A stretch of 64,000 nucleotides of DNA, taken from Octopus vulgaris (taxonomy: Eukaryota). Below the pieces are notes generated by a model. It was given only the letters and a program-made list of their open reading frames with translations, was not told where the DNA came from and did not search any database. Shown one piece after another: positions 1-12,969 of the stretch. Positions within the stretch are counted from its first letter, which is position 1. Each line of letters begins with the position of its first letter. Location of the stretch: the NCBI GenBank assembly GCA_951406725.2, contig OX597823.1:19716001-19780000 (forward strand). Reading direction: 5' to 3'. The position numbers and the translations under genes are program-made.

Positions 1-218
1 GCATGAATGTATGTATGTATGCATGCATGCATGCATGCATGAATGTATGTATGTATGTATGCATGTATGTATGTATGCATGCGTGTATGAATGTATGCAT
101 GTATGTATGTATGCATGCGTGTATGAATGTATGTATGTATGCATGCATGCATGCATGCATGAATGTATGTATGTATGTATGTATGTATGTATGTATGTAT
201 GTATGTATGTATGTATGT
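1..218. repeat. (ATGT)n/(ATGC)n microsatellite
   Basis: Direct tetranucleotide repeats; the overlapping ORFs are artefacts. Confidence 0.95.
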
Positions 219-240
219 CATTATTCAGTTTATTGAGGAC

Positions 241-452
241 GGCGAGCTGGCAGAATCGTTATCACGCCGGGCGAAATGCTTAGCGGTATTTCGTATGCCG
301 CTACGTTCTGAGTTCAAATTCCGCCGGGGTCGACTTTGCCTTTCAACCTTTCGGGGTCGATAAAATAAGTACGTTACGCACCTGAGGTCGATATAATCGA
401 CTTACCCACTCCCCGCAAATTTCAGGCTTTGTGTTTATAGTAGAAATGATTA
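241..452 (+). mobile_element. tRNA-derived SINE, family A (single copy)
   Basis: Head GGCGAGCTGGCAGAATCG (A-box-like), B-box GAGTTCAAATTCC, body GTCGACTTTGCCTTTCA..GGGGTCGATAAA; many copies in the window. Confidence 0.85.
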
Positions 453-555
453 TTCAGTTTATATCAAGGTTTCTTGCCAATAGGGAAAGAACCGGTTTCT
501 AATCTAGATCCAAGGCTCCTTCATTGGAATTTCAACATCAACAACAGGGTATTTT

Positions 556-602
<47 letters not shown>

Positions 603-1106
603 ATGTATGTATGTATGTATGTTTGTATGTATGTGCAGATTTGTATGTTTTACGTATGTATTCTCATTCATATACTTACATATATCGAGACATGCTCATG
701 TATATTTAAACGATAAACTTCTGGAAAGTTTTACAGATTTTTACAGTTCCAGTGATGGATTGGATCTGTAGTCATCGAATCAGTTCTCTCTTTTCTGGTT
801 TTCAGAAGCCTAGTTTCTCAAGATTGGTATTTAGGCAATGTGTTAAATATAACAGGGCCCCAATAATTACAGGTATAAACCTGAACGGATGTGGGGGCGG
901 AAATCTGCTCCGGCATTTCGTCAGTTATGAAGACAAACAAAAATGCTATGAAAATGACCGTTAAACAAAGGGAAATTACTTAAATGAACGTTATTAAGAC
1001 AAACAAAAGAGCGGTTATGGCAACCGAATATATTACAGATAACTTCCTCTATTTATATAATATCGAGGTCTCATTCATTCTTTTGTTGTCATACTATTAC
1101 ATACTA

Positions 1107-1276
1107 AGAGTGGTTGTGTGGTAAGAAGCTTGCTTCCCTGTCACATGGTTCCGGGTTCAATCCCACTGCGCGGCACCTTGGGCAAGTGTCTTCTACTATA
1201 GCTTCGGGCCAACCAAAGCCTTGGGAATGGATTTGGTTGATGGAAACTGTTGACGGAAACTGAAAGAAGCCCGTCG
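1107..1276 (+). mobile_element. tRNA-derived CORE-type SINE, family B (head)
   Basis: GGTTCAATCCC B-box and CACCTTGGGCAAGTGTCTT CORE-like motif; ends in (TA)n(TG)n. Confidence 0.85.
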
Positions 1277-1323
<47 letters not shown>

Positions 1324-1378
1324 ATGTTTATGCGTGTATTTGTGTGTGTACGTGTGTGTGTGTATTTGTAAGGCACGT

Positions 1379-2298
1379 ATCAATATCTATAAAGCTGAAA
1401 TGCGAAAAAGTTGTTTGTCTCATTTTGGGATGGGAACGGTTTACACGATAGTAAAGATTGCCTGACATTCATTCTTGGGTTACTTTATGAGAAAGTGTTG
1501 AGTCTTGTTGAAATACATATGGTCTTCTACAACGTACTTCATCCATCCACGGCTTAGCAACAGTCTCCCGCACCTCAACGTATCCAATAGCATTAATTCC
1601 AAGAGACTGTAGAAACATGTGAAGTGATACTATATGTCGTTCGTTACTCACCACACCTAAAACGATTAGGTCGGATTGGCGCCAAAATTTACAGGGACAT
1701 GTAAGCGAGGCGAGGAAGCGACTGGACTAGGTTAGAAACCCCTCTCTCAAAAGCTGTGGTTACTAGGGCAACAAAACCCAAACTTTGACAAGTGTTTGTC
1801 GTTTCTCACTTTCGTATATCATCCTGTCTTCCTCGATCTCTATTTCCTTCCTTCCCTTCTCTCCATAACGACGTTTGACACCTTCCAATCTCATTCCCTC
1901 TCTACCTCCGCCGTCTCTCTGTCACTCTTTCTCTCACCACCTCTCTCACTGTACATCTGTCTGTATCTATAGAGAGAAAGCGTTGACAGCCGCAAAAGTT
2001 TAAATATTCCCGCCACGGGACTTTTAGAACGGTGAATTATTATCGCCCACCATCACCGCGCAATCATAACAGATATTATTAATGAGATATATTGTGTTAA
2101 TTTATATATATGTGTGTGTATATAAATATATATATAATGTGTATACATCTATATATGTGTGTATATATATAATCAATATCTATAAAACTGAAATGCGAAA
2201 AAGTTGTTTGATTTCTTGGTTGTTTGTCTCATTTTGGGATGGGAACAGTTTAAGGGGCGGTAGATGGGATCGGATTTACGCCAAAATTTACACGGGGA
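1379..2298 (+). mobile_element. Two related Helitron-like 5' fragments (at about 1379 and 2172)
   Basis: Duplicated ATCAATATCTATAAA.CTGAAATGCGAAAAAGTTG...CGGATT..CGCCAAAATTTACA; resembles 5' ends of non-autonomous Helitrons. Confidence 0.45.
1469..1660 (-). pseudogene. Tc1/mariner transposase fragment
   Basis: Translation KPWMDEV..RPYVFQQDSTLSHK matches the second catalytic Asp motif (FQQDxAPxH). Confidence 0.75.
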
Positions 2299-3950
2299 GT
2301 GGGTGGTAAAATGGGGTGGACAATGGTGTGAGGAGGGTTGCAAGTCGCTCGGGGCTACCGTTTGGTTGCCATGGTGAGGAATATGGGAAAACTTTAGTTT
2401 TATGGGATAGACAGGTTGCGCTGTTTGAATAGTGGTGGCTTTTCGTGTTGCTGCAGGGGCTAGAGGCGGTTATCTTTAATTGTGGGTGTAAAAATTTAGG
2501 GGGTTTTGGAAAGGGGGTTTAAATTTTTCAACTATTAAAAAGAGTATATTTTTACCCTATTTTTAAATTTATTTTTTTTCTGTTTGCATCATTTGGTTGA
2601 CATGGGTAAAAATGGCATTGTGTTAAAGGCCAAAATTTTAACTTTCATTTGCATCATGAACCGTCAAAATATACCAGAAAAAAGTATCAAAAATGATCTA
2701 TTAATCGTAATTTTCTATGTTATTAGTTATTAAATAATTTAGATAAATTTTGATAAATAGATAGGTTTCGACTTAGATGGTTTAGGCCATGTCTAATATA
2801 ATAGCATAATTTATATTAGATAATTTTTTTTTCCCATTCATAATTTGATTAGTACTTATAGTATTTTTTAATACTATATTACTGAGTAAGGAATATTCTT
2901 ATAAGTTTGTGGTTGTGTATATGTGGCTATTGATGTTATTTCTTCTATGTGTTAGTGTATTGCAGTGTTATATGTTTATGTATGAGTGATTGGTATGTGT
3001 GTGTGTGCGGGTGTGCATAATTGATGTGTAGAGGTGTAGGGTTGCATTTAGAATATATCCGTGCCTGTATGTGTTTCTGTATGTATAGATATGTGTGTGT
3101 GTGTGTGTTTGTTTACGTGTTTATATATGTTTATTACATACATATAGTATATAGTATTTAATACTATTTTACTAAATTTGTGTATGTATAGATATATATG
3201 TGTGTGTGTGTTTGTTTACGTATTTATATATGTTTATTACATATATATAGTATATAGTATTTAATACTATTTTACTAAGAATGAAATATTTCTTTAAGTA
3301 TGTGGTTGAGTATCTGCGGCCACTGGATGTTATTTCTCCTCTGTGTTAGTGTCCTGTTGAGAGTATATGTTTATGAATGAGTGATTGTATGTGTGTGTGT
3401 GTGAGTATGCATAGGTGATGTGTGGAGGTGTAGGGCTGCATTATGGATATATCTGTGTCTATATGTTTATGTGTGTGTGTAGATGTATATGTGTGTGTGT
3501 GAGTTTGTGTGCGTATTTGGATGTGTTTATATACATACATGTATATATGTGCATGAGCATGTGTGTATATATATATTTTTTGTTTTTTGAAATTAGCTAT
3601 TTCATCTTTAATATGAGAAATTAAATATATTAGGTTTTCATTATATACAATCGTTTATAGAGTTTATTTTAGATCTTGATTATAATATTTATATATATTT
3701 TCATTGATAATTTATATATATTAGTTATTTCAAATATCTATATAAGTAGATATAGACTAAAATGGATATTAGCATATGGATTTTCTACCTTATAAATTAA
3801 AGTTAATATTTAACATTATAGTCGATTTCGATATAATCATATTTAATAATAGAGTTTATTATAAGTAAATTTTTATTTAGATTATATAGATATTTATATC
3901 GTAAAAATATTGATTATATTATATTTTATATTTTATATTTTAGGTTTTGA

Positions 3951-4002
3951 AACCACCTGAAGAATGTCTAAGATGTGCTGACACGAAACGATCGTAGTGG
4001 TT
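3951..4002 (+). ncRNA. Type I hammerhead ribozyme, canonical core
   Basis: AACCAC-CTGAAGA-a-TGTC..GACA-c-GAAA-CGATCG-TA-GTGGTT: 6-bp stem I, palindromic stem III, GUA site. Confidence 0.85.
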
Positions 4003-4190
4003 ATTCATGTTAAATTTTAATTTATATAAATTATTTTATGTATTGGCTTAAGTCTTTCTTTGTTTGATTTGCATAATAGTGGTTTTGTCTCTAATTTGAT
4101 ATAATATAATATTTTACTATAAAATTGGATTCAATCTTAAATCTGATTTTTCCTTGTAAATTTGGATTTATTCCCTAATATTTATTATAT
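4003..4190 (+). mobile_element. PLE-type 3' tail downstream of the HHR; further copies at about 29205-29365(-), 29545-29580(+), 53348-53580 (inverted pair) and 53868-53935(+)
   Basis: Shared ATGTATTGGCTTAAGTCTTTC...AATAGTGGTTTTGTCTC...TTATTCCCTAATA; copies end at or near (TA)n. Confidence 0.6.
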
Positions 4191-4334
4191 ATATATATCA
4201 AGATTAATCAGCCGAAATTGCGAGGATGATCCGGTTCTTGACTGAAGATTGAAGGCTTCGAATGTCTCGTCCGTGTTTTTTGTATCGTCTTCTAAATGTT
4301 TTGCGTTCTTGTCCCAGTTTGTATTTTTTTACAT

Positions 4335-4417
<83 letters not shown>

Positions 4418-4422
<5 letters not shown>

Positions 4423-4623
4423 ATATGTTACATTACTCGATAGTCAAGATAAAACTCTGAGTTTCAGATGCCGAAGTGGGAATCCACAACGCCATCTCTT
4501 CGGTTATCTGGCTCAGAGTTTTATCTTGACAATCGAGTAATGTAACATATTATTTATAGATAAATTTCCTCTATTTACATAATATTGAGGTCTCTTTCTT
4601 TCTTTTGTTATCTTACCGTTTTA

Positions 4624-4630
<7 letters not shown>
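4418..4630. mobile_element. Fold-back PLE-LTR-like module with HHR at 4447-4509 (-)
   Basis: Inverted arms of about 40-50 bp; minus strand AGATAA-CCGAAGA-GATG..CATC-T-GAAA-CTCAGAG-TT-TTATCT; flanked by (TA)n; second copy at 17521-17740. Confidence 0.75.
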
Positions 4631-4661
<31 letters not shown>

Positions 4662-4757
4662 GGGGTATGCACTTAAATGTGAAACAAGGTGGAAAAAGAG
4701 TACTCAAATACCAGGGGTAGAGTAAAATGCTTTATTTAAAACCAGTAGAAATATAAC

Positions 4758-4804
4758 AAAAGCTGTTACTCGGTGTTTCACGTTCCCGTTCGTCGGACAG
4801 TTTT
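4758..4804 (-). ncRNA. Type I hammerhead ribozyme, CCGACGA core
   Basis: AAAACTGT-CCGACGA-ACG ggaa CGT-GAAA-CACCGAG-TA-ACAGCTTTT. Confidence 0.7.
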
Positions 4805-5019
4805 GTTTTAAAAAAATTATTATACAGAGCTGGGCGTAAGTCCGTTAATCCGTTAATTGTTAATTAACAAGCTGCCAGACGAGATGGTGAAGATGCCGAC
4901 GACCACTTTGTTCAAAGTCTCCCTTGACCTCTAGTGGCCTGAACTCTTTACATGAACACCACCCTGTACTTAACTCCATGTCCCCCTACATGGCCTTGCT
5001 TTGTGCTTTTGAGTCAAAA

Positions 5020-5076
5020 AACTAACTAACTAACTAACTAACTGACTAACTGACTAACTGACTAACTGACTAACTG

Positions 5077-5126
<50 letters not shown>
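5020..5126. repeat. (CTAA)n/(CTGA)n microsatellite
   Basis: Direct repeats. Confidence 0.9.
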
Positions 5127-5571
5127 ACTTTCATTAACGATTTAACTTTTTAGTTAACTTTGAATATCATTATCGGACTAATTAACTTCCGTTAACTCAA
5201 GTCCGTTAACCTCAAAATTTCATAAAAACCGGTAAACGTTTAAAAGTTTCTATTGTTTTCAGATTGTCTGAGCAGATTTAGTATTGTTCTCATTATTCTT
5301 TCAGCCCCAATATAACGTCACTTATCGTTATAAATAACTTGTAGGGCCTTGTTTGGCCCTGCCTGGATTTGAAACCAAATTCACCCGCTTGTTGCTTGCA
5401 AAGATAGCAGGAAATTTCTTGTCAAGAGGGAACAGTGATTGATGTTTCCACTTGATCCGTGACCTTTCTGTGTCACGGAGAGTTCAAATGAACAGCAAGT
5501 GGCCTACATTAGCATAAGCTATGCTTATAATGGTATACACATCTTTCTAGCTAGAATGTAATTATAATAAA

Positions 5572-6146
5572 TACCTATTTCTTTACTACCCACAAGGGGC
5601 TAAACACAGAGGGGACAAACAAGGACAGACATAGGTATTAAGTCGATTACATCGACCCCAGTGCGTAACTGGTACTTAATTTATGGACCCCGAAAGGATG
5701 AAAGGCAAAGTCGACCTCGGCGGAATTTGAACTCAGAACGTAACGCAGACGAAATACCTATTTCTTTACTACCCACAAGGGGCTAAACACAGAGGGGACA
5801 AACAAGGACAGACAAACGGATTAAGTCGATTATATCGACCCCAGTGCGTAACTGGTTCTTAATTTATCGACATCGAAAGGATGAAAGGCAAAGTCAGCCT
5901 CAGCGGAATTTGAACTCAGAACGTAACGGCAGACGAAATACCTATTTCTTTATTACCCACAAGGGGCTAAACACAGAGGGGACAAACAAGGACAAACAAA
6001 CGGATTAAGTCGATTACATGGACCCCAGTGCGTAACTGGTACTTAATTTATCGACCTCGAAAGGATGAAAGGCTAAGTCGACCTCAGCGGAATTTGAACT
6101 CAGAACGTAACGGCAGACGAAATAACGCTAAGCATTTCGCCCAGCG
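5572..6146 (-). mobile_element. SINE A tandem array, 3 units of about 184 bp
   Basis: TACCTATTTCTTTA recurs at 5572, 5755 and 5939. Confidence 0.9.
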
Positions 6147-6854
6147 AGAAATCAGTGGGAATCTTAACCACCACCCTGTGAATGATTCTTGACAGCGGCA
6201 ATGAGGCAGACAACCATAGCAGCCAGAACTGGCTTTTCTTCATGGAAGCACAGAGCTGGGAAAAAGGCAAAACTAACTGAGGTGGATGTCAACAGAGAAA
6301 ATAAAGGGGAAAAAATAAACGGAAGGAAAAAGCTGGTAAATATTTCCGTGTGAACGCAAATAGCTGTCACGTGGTAGCGGGGCGTGCTAGAAATAGCAGC
6401 CAAGTCTTTCCTTTTCTGGAAAAAGTAGCCGTTTACGCATGATTTCGATGTCACACTCGTTGAAAGCATGCAAAATAACTTGGAAAATATAAGACCCGTG
6501 AAACAAAACTCCCATGGTGGGAAACCTCGAGGTCCTCATCACCCCTCCCACCTTTCTTTTCCGGAAAAAAGTGGCTTGCTTATACTCGAAAAAAAAAACA
6601 AAAAACAAAAACAGTGGAACAAATCGACCCCAGGACTTATTCTTTGTAAGCCCAGTACTTATGTATCGGTCTCTTTGCTGAACAGCTAAGTTACGGGGAC
6701 GTAAACACAGCAACATCGGTTGTCAAGCGATGGTGAGGGACAAACACAAACACACAAATATATAATGCACGAAAAAAACAAAAGAAAAAGACGAAGACAG
6801 GTGGTGTAGAAAACAAACAGATGTATTAGTATAACGCTCGGGAATTGAAAAAGT

Positions 6855-6890
6855 CTTTAACGTTTCGAGCCTACGCTCTTCCACAGAAAG
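6855..6890 (-). ncRNA. Minimal HHR-like motif, CUGUGGA core, in module 6765-6945
   Basis: CTTT-CTGTGGA-a-GAGC gtag GCTC-GAAA-CG-T-T-AAAG. Confidence 0.55.
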
Positions 6891-7101
6891 GAACACAGAA
6901 AGAAACACGGAGAGAAAAAATGCGTGTAGTGGCTAGTGATCTATCATATATATATATATATATATATAAATTAATTTACGACGGTGTCATTAATGTATCG
7001 AAATTATTTTACACCGGTGGCTGTTATGATTTCGGCGTGAAACGAATTCAGTTGCAGCACAGACATCGAAGCGATGGGTTGGGAATCTCTAATCATGGTA
7101 A

Positions 7102-7155
7102 CACGTGCTGAAGAAGCTAAGGTTTATTTTACCAATGCAGAAATCGATCCACGTG
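7102..7155 (+). ncRNA. Type I hammerhead ribozyme, canonical core
   Basis: CACGTG-CTGAAGA-agc..ggt/acc..gca-GAAA-TCGA-TC-CACGTG; palindromic ATCGAT stem III, AUC site; module 6968-7310 lies between (TA)n tracts. Confidence 0.8.
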
Positions 7156-7306
7156 AGTCCAGATACTTAAATGTATGTTAGTAGATTGTCTTAACCTGAT
7201 TTTGCCTTCGTTTGATTTCTGTAGTTTTCATCAGAACGTAACGGCGATTTAATAAGAGTTTTGACTGTTATTTCAAGCAGGTTGACATACCTAGTATGTC
7301 CTTTGA

Positions 7307-7367
<61 letters not shown>

Positions 7368-8384
7368 TACGAGGGGCTTTGATTAATTATATATATATAT
7401 ATATATATACGAGGGGCTTCTTTCAGTTTCCGTCTACTAAATCTATAATAATATTATAATAGTTTCCTAGCGTCGCCTAATCCACTGCCTTCCACCCAAC
7501 GCCTCCTTTTTCTCTACGTCGCCCACCGCCACCGCGCCCACCGCCACCGCGCCCTTAGGCACCAGCTCCCACGTGGAACGTCACAACGTCCACCGCGGGC
7601 GGTAGCGCCGACTTTGAGAACCTATCGACTAAACCCTTGAAGACGGTGCCCCAGCATGGCCGCAATCCCATAACTAAAACAAATAAAAGAGAACAGAAGA
7701 TATTTATTTTATATATTATTTCATTCGAAAAGACATTCCTTGCTTTTCATCTACATCAACGGTTCAGAACTTGCGCGGCCTGCAAACCTCTGAGCGTCCG
7801 CAAAGGTAGTACCGAGGATCCATGAACCAAAATGAAAATTCCAAGCCGCCGTAGAGTAAAATGTTGCAATCACTCGCGATAAGGCTGATCTTTACGTCTT
7901 ATCGTGTTTCAGCGTTATCAGTCGTCTCTTAATCTGCATGAATAGTCTAATTTTTTTGAGATGCTTTTTAAGAACTCGGATCTACAGTTACAACAACTAT
8001 ATTTGCCGTTGAACCTGAAATTCGGAAAGTAGTATCAACAGAATAGCTCCAACTATCTCGTTAAATAAGTGTTTATGCTTTAATGCCGCTCTTTATTTAT
8101 TCACATATCAAGTTACACTATATATCTTTCAATTGAGAGATGAAGTTCAGCAAACAAAGTTGTTGTGGTTTCTAAAACTGGCCTGTTGAGCAGACAAAGC
8201 TAATGCACTTTATCCTTTAGCTTTTAGCTTTTACTTGCTTCAATCACTGGACTGCAGCCATGCTGGAGCACCCACTTGACGGTTTTTTGATTGAAGAAAT
8301 CGACACCAGTACATATTTTTTTGAAGTCTAGTACTTACTCAATCAGTACCCTCTTGCCGAACTGCTAATTTATGGGGACGTAAA

Positions 8385-8425
8385 ACAGCTGATGACGGGT
8401 CAATACCCAGAAACTGCAGTCTGTG
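8385..8425 (+). ncRNA. Type I hammerhead ribozyme with imperfect stem I
   Basis: CTGATGA-c-GGGT caat ACCC-a-GAAA-CTGCAG-TC; palindromic ACTGCAGT, GUC site; 5' side abuts a SINE B tail. Confidence 0.7.
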
Positions 8426-8929
8426 CGTATCACTTAGGTTGACGAGGGAAGGATGACCTCCCTTTGCAAATACCGATAGGGCACAGAAAGTGTGCCCTAT
8501 AGCCAGCTGGAAGAGATGTTCTCCTGGGGCTACAAGCTACAGTAACACCCATCCTTAGTGGTTAGCCATATTGAGATGGCAAATATACCTCACAAACTAA
8601 CATTAGTTGTCAAACAGCGGAGGTAGAATAGACTGGGACACAAAGACATCTCCGCATACACAGATATCGCCCCGAGCGATGCTATTTGGAGGCAGCATTT
8701 TGGGGCTTGCTGTATCGGCTTGGTGGGTTCGAATGGAGAGCGAGGCAAACTGAAGGGCTGCTCCAGGCTGCGCAAATTCTAGATATGTCACTGACCTGGG
8801 GTTTGGGGAAATATATCTTTAAATAAAAGAAGCTCTTGATAGGGAAAAATTGGTGGGCACTGATCTTCATCATGAAATACAATATGAAATCATATTTATA
8901 CAAGCGATTTTGCCAGTTCGCTAAAGTAG

Positions 8930-10740
8930 AATTGGTTTCAAATTTTGGCACGAGGCCAGCAATTTCGGAGTAGGAGGATGTCAGTTACAACGACCCTATT
9001 TCCTAATTGCTTCTTATTTCATTGACCTCGATAGGATGGAAGGTAAAGTCAACCGCGGCGGAATTTGAACTCAGAATATAAAGACAGACGAAATGCCGCT
9101 AAGCAATTTGCCCTGCATGCTAACGATTCTTATTCCTTTACTGCCCGCAAGAGGCTACACAGAGAGGACAAATAAGGACTGACAAGTGGATTAAGTCGAT
9201 TACATCGACCCCTGTGCGTAACTGGTACTTATTTAATCGACCCCGAAAGGATGACAGGCAAAGTCGACATCGGCGGAATTTGAACTCAGAACGTAGCTGC
9301 AGACGAAATACCTATTTCTTTACTACCCACAAGGAGCCAAACGCAAAGAGGACAAACAAGGACAGACAAACGGATTAAATCGATTACATCGATCCCAGTA
9401 CGCAACTGGTACTTATTTAATCGACCCCGAAAGGATGACAGGCAAAGTCGACATCGGCGGAATTTGAACTCAGAACGTAACGGCAGACGAAATACCTATT
9501 TCTTTACTACCCACAAGGGGCTAAACGCAGAGAGGACAAACAAGGACTGACAAACGGATTAAGACGATTACATCGACCCCTGTGCGTAACTGCTACTTAT
9601 TTAATCGACCCTGAAAGGATGACAGGCAAAGTCGACATCGGCGGAATTTGAACTCAGAACGTAGCTGCAGACGAAATACCTATTTCTTTACTACCCACAA
9701 GGAGCTAAACGCAGAGAGGACAAAAAAGGACAGACAAACGGATTAAATCGATTACATCGACATCAGTACGCAACTGGTACTTATTTAATCGACCCCGAAA
9801 GGATGACAGGCAAAGTCGACATCGGCGGAATTTGAACTCAGAACGTAACGGCAGACGAAATACCTATTTCTTTACTACCCACAAGGGGCTAAACGCAGAG
9901 AGGACAAACAAGGACAGACAAACGGATTAAGTTGATTACATCGACCCCAGTACGCAACTGGTACTTATTTAATCGACCCCGAAAGGATGAAAGGCAAAGT
10001 CGACATCGGCGGAATTTGAACTCAGAATATAGCGGCAGACGAAATACCTATTTCTTTACTACCCACAAGGGGCTAAACGCAGAGAATACAAACAAGGACA
10101 GACAAACGGATTAAGTCGATTACATCGACCCCAGTGCGTAACTGGTACTTATTTAATCGACCCCGAAAGGATGACAGGCAAAGTCGACCTCGGCGGAATT
10201 TGAACTCAGAACGTAGCGGCACACGAAATACCTATTTCTTTACTACCCACAAGGGGCTAAACGCAGAGAGGACAAACAAGGACAGACAAACGGATTAAGT
10301 CGATTACATCGACCCCAGTGCGTAACTGGTACTTATTTAATCGACCCCGAAAGGATGACAGGCAAAGTCGACCTCGGCGGAATTTGAACTCAGAACGTAG
10401 CGGCACACGAAATACCTATTTCTTTACTACCCACAAGGGGCTAAACGCAGAGAGGACAAACAAGGACAGACAAACGGATTAAGTCGATTACATCGACCCC
10501 AGTGCGTAACTGGTACTTATTTAATCGACCCCGAAAGGATGACAGGCAAAGTCGACCTCGGCGGAATTTGAACTCAGAACGTAGCGGCACACGAAATACC
10601 TATTTCTTTGCTACCCACAAGGAGCTAAACGCAGAGAGGACAAACAAGGACAGACAAACGGATTAAGTCGATTACATCGACCCCAGTGCGTAACTGGTAC
10701 TTAATTTATCAACCCCGAAAGGATGAAAGGCAAAGTCAAA
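8930..10740 (-). mobile_element. SINE A tandem array, about 9 units of 184 bp plus one diverged copy
   Basis: Unit junction at 9309, 9493, 9677, 9861, 10045, 10229, 10413 and 10597 (period 184). Confidence 0.92.
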
Positions 10741-10905
10741 TACTATCTGTAATTCTGTATTGATTCGAATAGGGAAACATGTCGTTCAAGGACTTCAGTT
10801 TGAACAATTTTCATGATGTTTCGTATTTAGACGCTTTTATTAAATTCATTCAGTTGTTAAAACATAAATAAATAGGCGCAGGAGTGGCTGTGTGGTAAGT
10901 AGCTT

Positions 10906-12969
10906 TGCTAACCACTGAACTGTTCAGACGTGTTATTTTGCTGCTCCAGATGTCACGTGTTTCAACGTGAATTGTTGAACTTTTGACTCGACTGCAGGTA
11001 AGCGTTTTGTATTTTTGGGAGTTTAGTGAAGTTTTATTGCTTGCATTAATGTTTTTTAGCATTTAATATTTTTAGCAGATAATAAAACTCCACTTTGCTC
11101 CGGATATAATTTTTCTGCCTGTTGTCGAGTGTAAAGAGAATTGTATTTTTAAAGCGGCGTAGTCCGAGTACCAAGGATTATTTTACCAAGGTGTTTTACC
11201 AACCGTGCATTTGGCCTGGAATACAATTTTTTGACCGAAAAAAGTGAAAACAAAAAAAAAAAGAAAAAATTAATTCCTTTGTCTGGATTTGAACTCTCTT
11301 TCTCCGTCTATCATTTATTTAAAAAAAAAAAAAGAATTTTTTTTGAACTGCTATTTCTGATTTTATTTCATCCCTTCTGTTGTATTTTTCATGCTTCTTT
11401 CTGTGTCTTATTTTATTTTATCACATTTTGAACTGTTTTTTCTTACGTTATGGCAAAGAAATTCACTGTGTGGGAATTGACACCTCCCAAAAAATATTTG
11501 AATGAGCTCGAGGACAAAACCGTGGTGTTGAGGACTTATTCAAAGTCGCTCAACACCATAATGGTTTTCCCGAAAGACACTATTGTTGACGAGCTGGCAG
11601 ACTATATGCCAGCCGTTAAATACATTCAACGGGGAGCCAAATACGCAACGATTTGGTTGCTGTTTGGCTCCCCTAAAGATGCTTGCGAGTTTGCAAGCAG
11701 GCCCATTGAGGGCAAGGAAATCTTGTTTCTCCCCAGTTACAGGGGAAAACAATTGACAAGACTATGGGTCTGCGGCCTGCCACCCGGCATTGAACCCGAG
11801 TGGATAGAAGACTCTACCCGCCGGGGTCTGGGTGACAGGGACGCAAAGATCCTGAATGTCAATATACAGTCTGCGGCTGATTGGGAGGGGTCTAAGGCTA
11901 CCTTAACCCTATGGACCCAGTCAGCCAAGAGTCTGGTTTTGCCAGACATTTTGAGAATGGCCGGGTTCAAGTATCCGGTGATGCTTGAGGGACGCCCCCC
12001 CCCCCAAGTGTCACCTGTGTTTGGAGACCGGCCACATCAAGAAGAGCTGCCCCAGGGACCAGAGTAGGATCCTGGAGCGGCTGATATTGGAGCCTCTCCC
12101 TGCCTCTTCAATGGAGGGAGAGAAGCGAAGTGAGGAGGGGGAAAAATCCTCCTCCAAAAGAAAGAGAAAGGCGAGGAGCAATGGCGACCCACCAAAGACC
12201 CGAAAGCTGCGGGAGAGGAGAACCCGGTGCACACAGCTCCGGAACCTCAGCCTCCCGTGGCCCAGGGCCAGAAGAAAAAGAAAAAAAAAGAGAAACGGAG
12301 CGTCGCCGGCGGATTGCTACACGCAGACGGCGGTTCCCGAGTATCCCGGGTCCTCTCAGGCGGATGTGCCGCCTGAGGGACTATTCGTGGAAGATTTTGT
12401 GCTCCTCTTTTTCAAAGGAAAAAAGGTGGAAAGCACCGTGAGAAAAGTGAGAAAGAGAGGACATTGGGAGGTAATCCGGTCCTGTGTGGAAAACCCCGAG
12501 TGGCCTTCGCAGTTAGCTGCGGGGGTCGTGGGAAGGGCTGATCTACACAGGATCGTGGGTTCCTGCCCAGCGGACTCCTTCGAGACTATACCACTGGACA
12601 CCGGCCTGACCAGCGAGTATTGCCTCAATGAGGCAAGAGCAATGGTCGGCCGGGTCACTTAGGCGGTGTAACATCTTTGTAACATGTGGAAGAGGAGGTT
12701 CGTTGCCTCCTCTAAAATATGTAATTTGATATCAGGTGAACATTTTGTAACATTTTGAAGAGGAGGTTTATTGCCTCCTCAAAAATTTGTAATTTGTAAT
12801 CGTTGTATTAAATGTAATTATTGAACATTGTTTTAGAGAAGCAAGAGTCGGCGGGCGCTTTTTGACTTCTCCCATCACCATCTTCATCCACCACCACCAT
12901 CATCCATTAATGTCTTTGTCCAGCCCGTAGCTACTCTGTGTGCTGCCCTAGTGGCAAATTATTGAAATA
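10906..12969 (+). mobile_element. ORF1-only non-LTR retroelement (Tx1/L1-related, HAL1-like) inserted in a SINE B head
   Basis: 9-bp target duplication AAGTAGCTT (10897-10905 and 12970-12978); the SINE resumes exactly after it; A-rich 3' end. Confidence 0.75.
11450..12662 (+). CDS. L1/Tx1-type ORF1 (gag-like) protein with CCHC zinc knuckle; frameshift in the C11 run at 11995-12005
   Basis: ORFs 11450-12067 and 11985-12662 join as EGRPPPK-CHLCLETGHIKKSC (CX2CX4HX4C), followed by a basic region. Confidence 0.75.

Noticed and set aside
485-533. Minus-strand CCAATGA...GAAA-CCGG-TT HHR-like motif
   Set aside because: Two core changes, and neither stem I nor stem II pairs convincingly
4231-4272. 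CTGAAGA...CGAATG motif (also at 56099 and about 62600) as an HHR or HDV-like ribozyme
   Set aside because: No GAAA or closing stem I, no P1/P2 pseudoknot partners, and the core is not conserved among the three copies
6164-6580. Unique-looking segment with a 101-aa ORF and a CACGTG E-box
   Set aside because: No recognisable domain or splice pattern; an exon or regulatory element cannot be supported from sequence alone
7209-7240. Antisense CTGATGA..GAAA near the HHR at 7102 (possible ambisense ribozyme pair)
   Set aside because: Stem II does not pair and there is no room for stem III
9130-10740. Regular repeat array resembling CRISPR
   Set aside because: Units are contiguous SINE copies with no unique spacers and no cas genes, in a eukaryotic context
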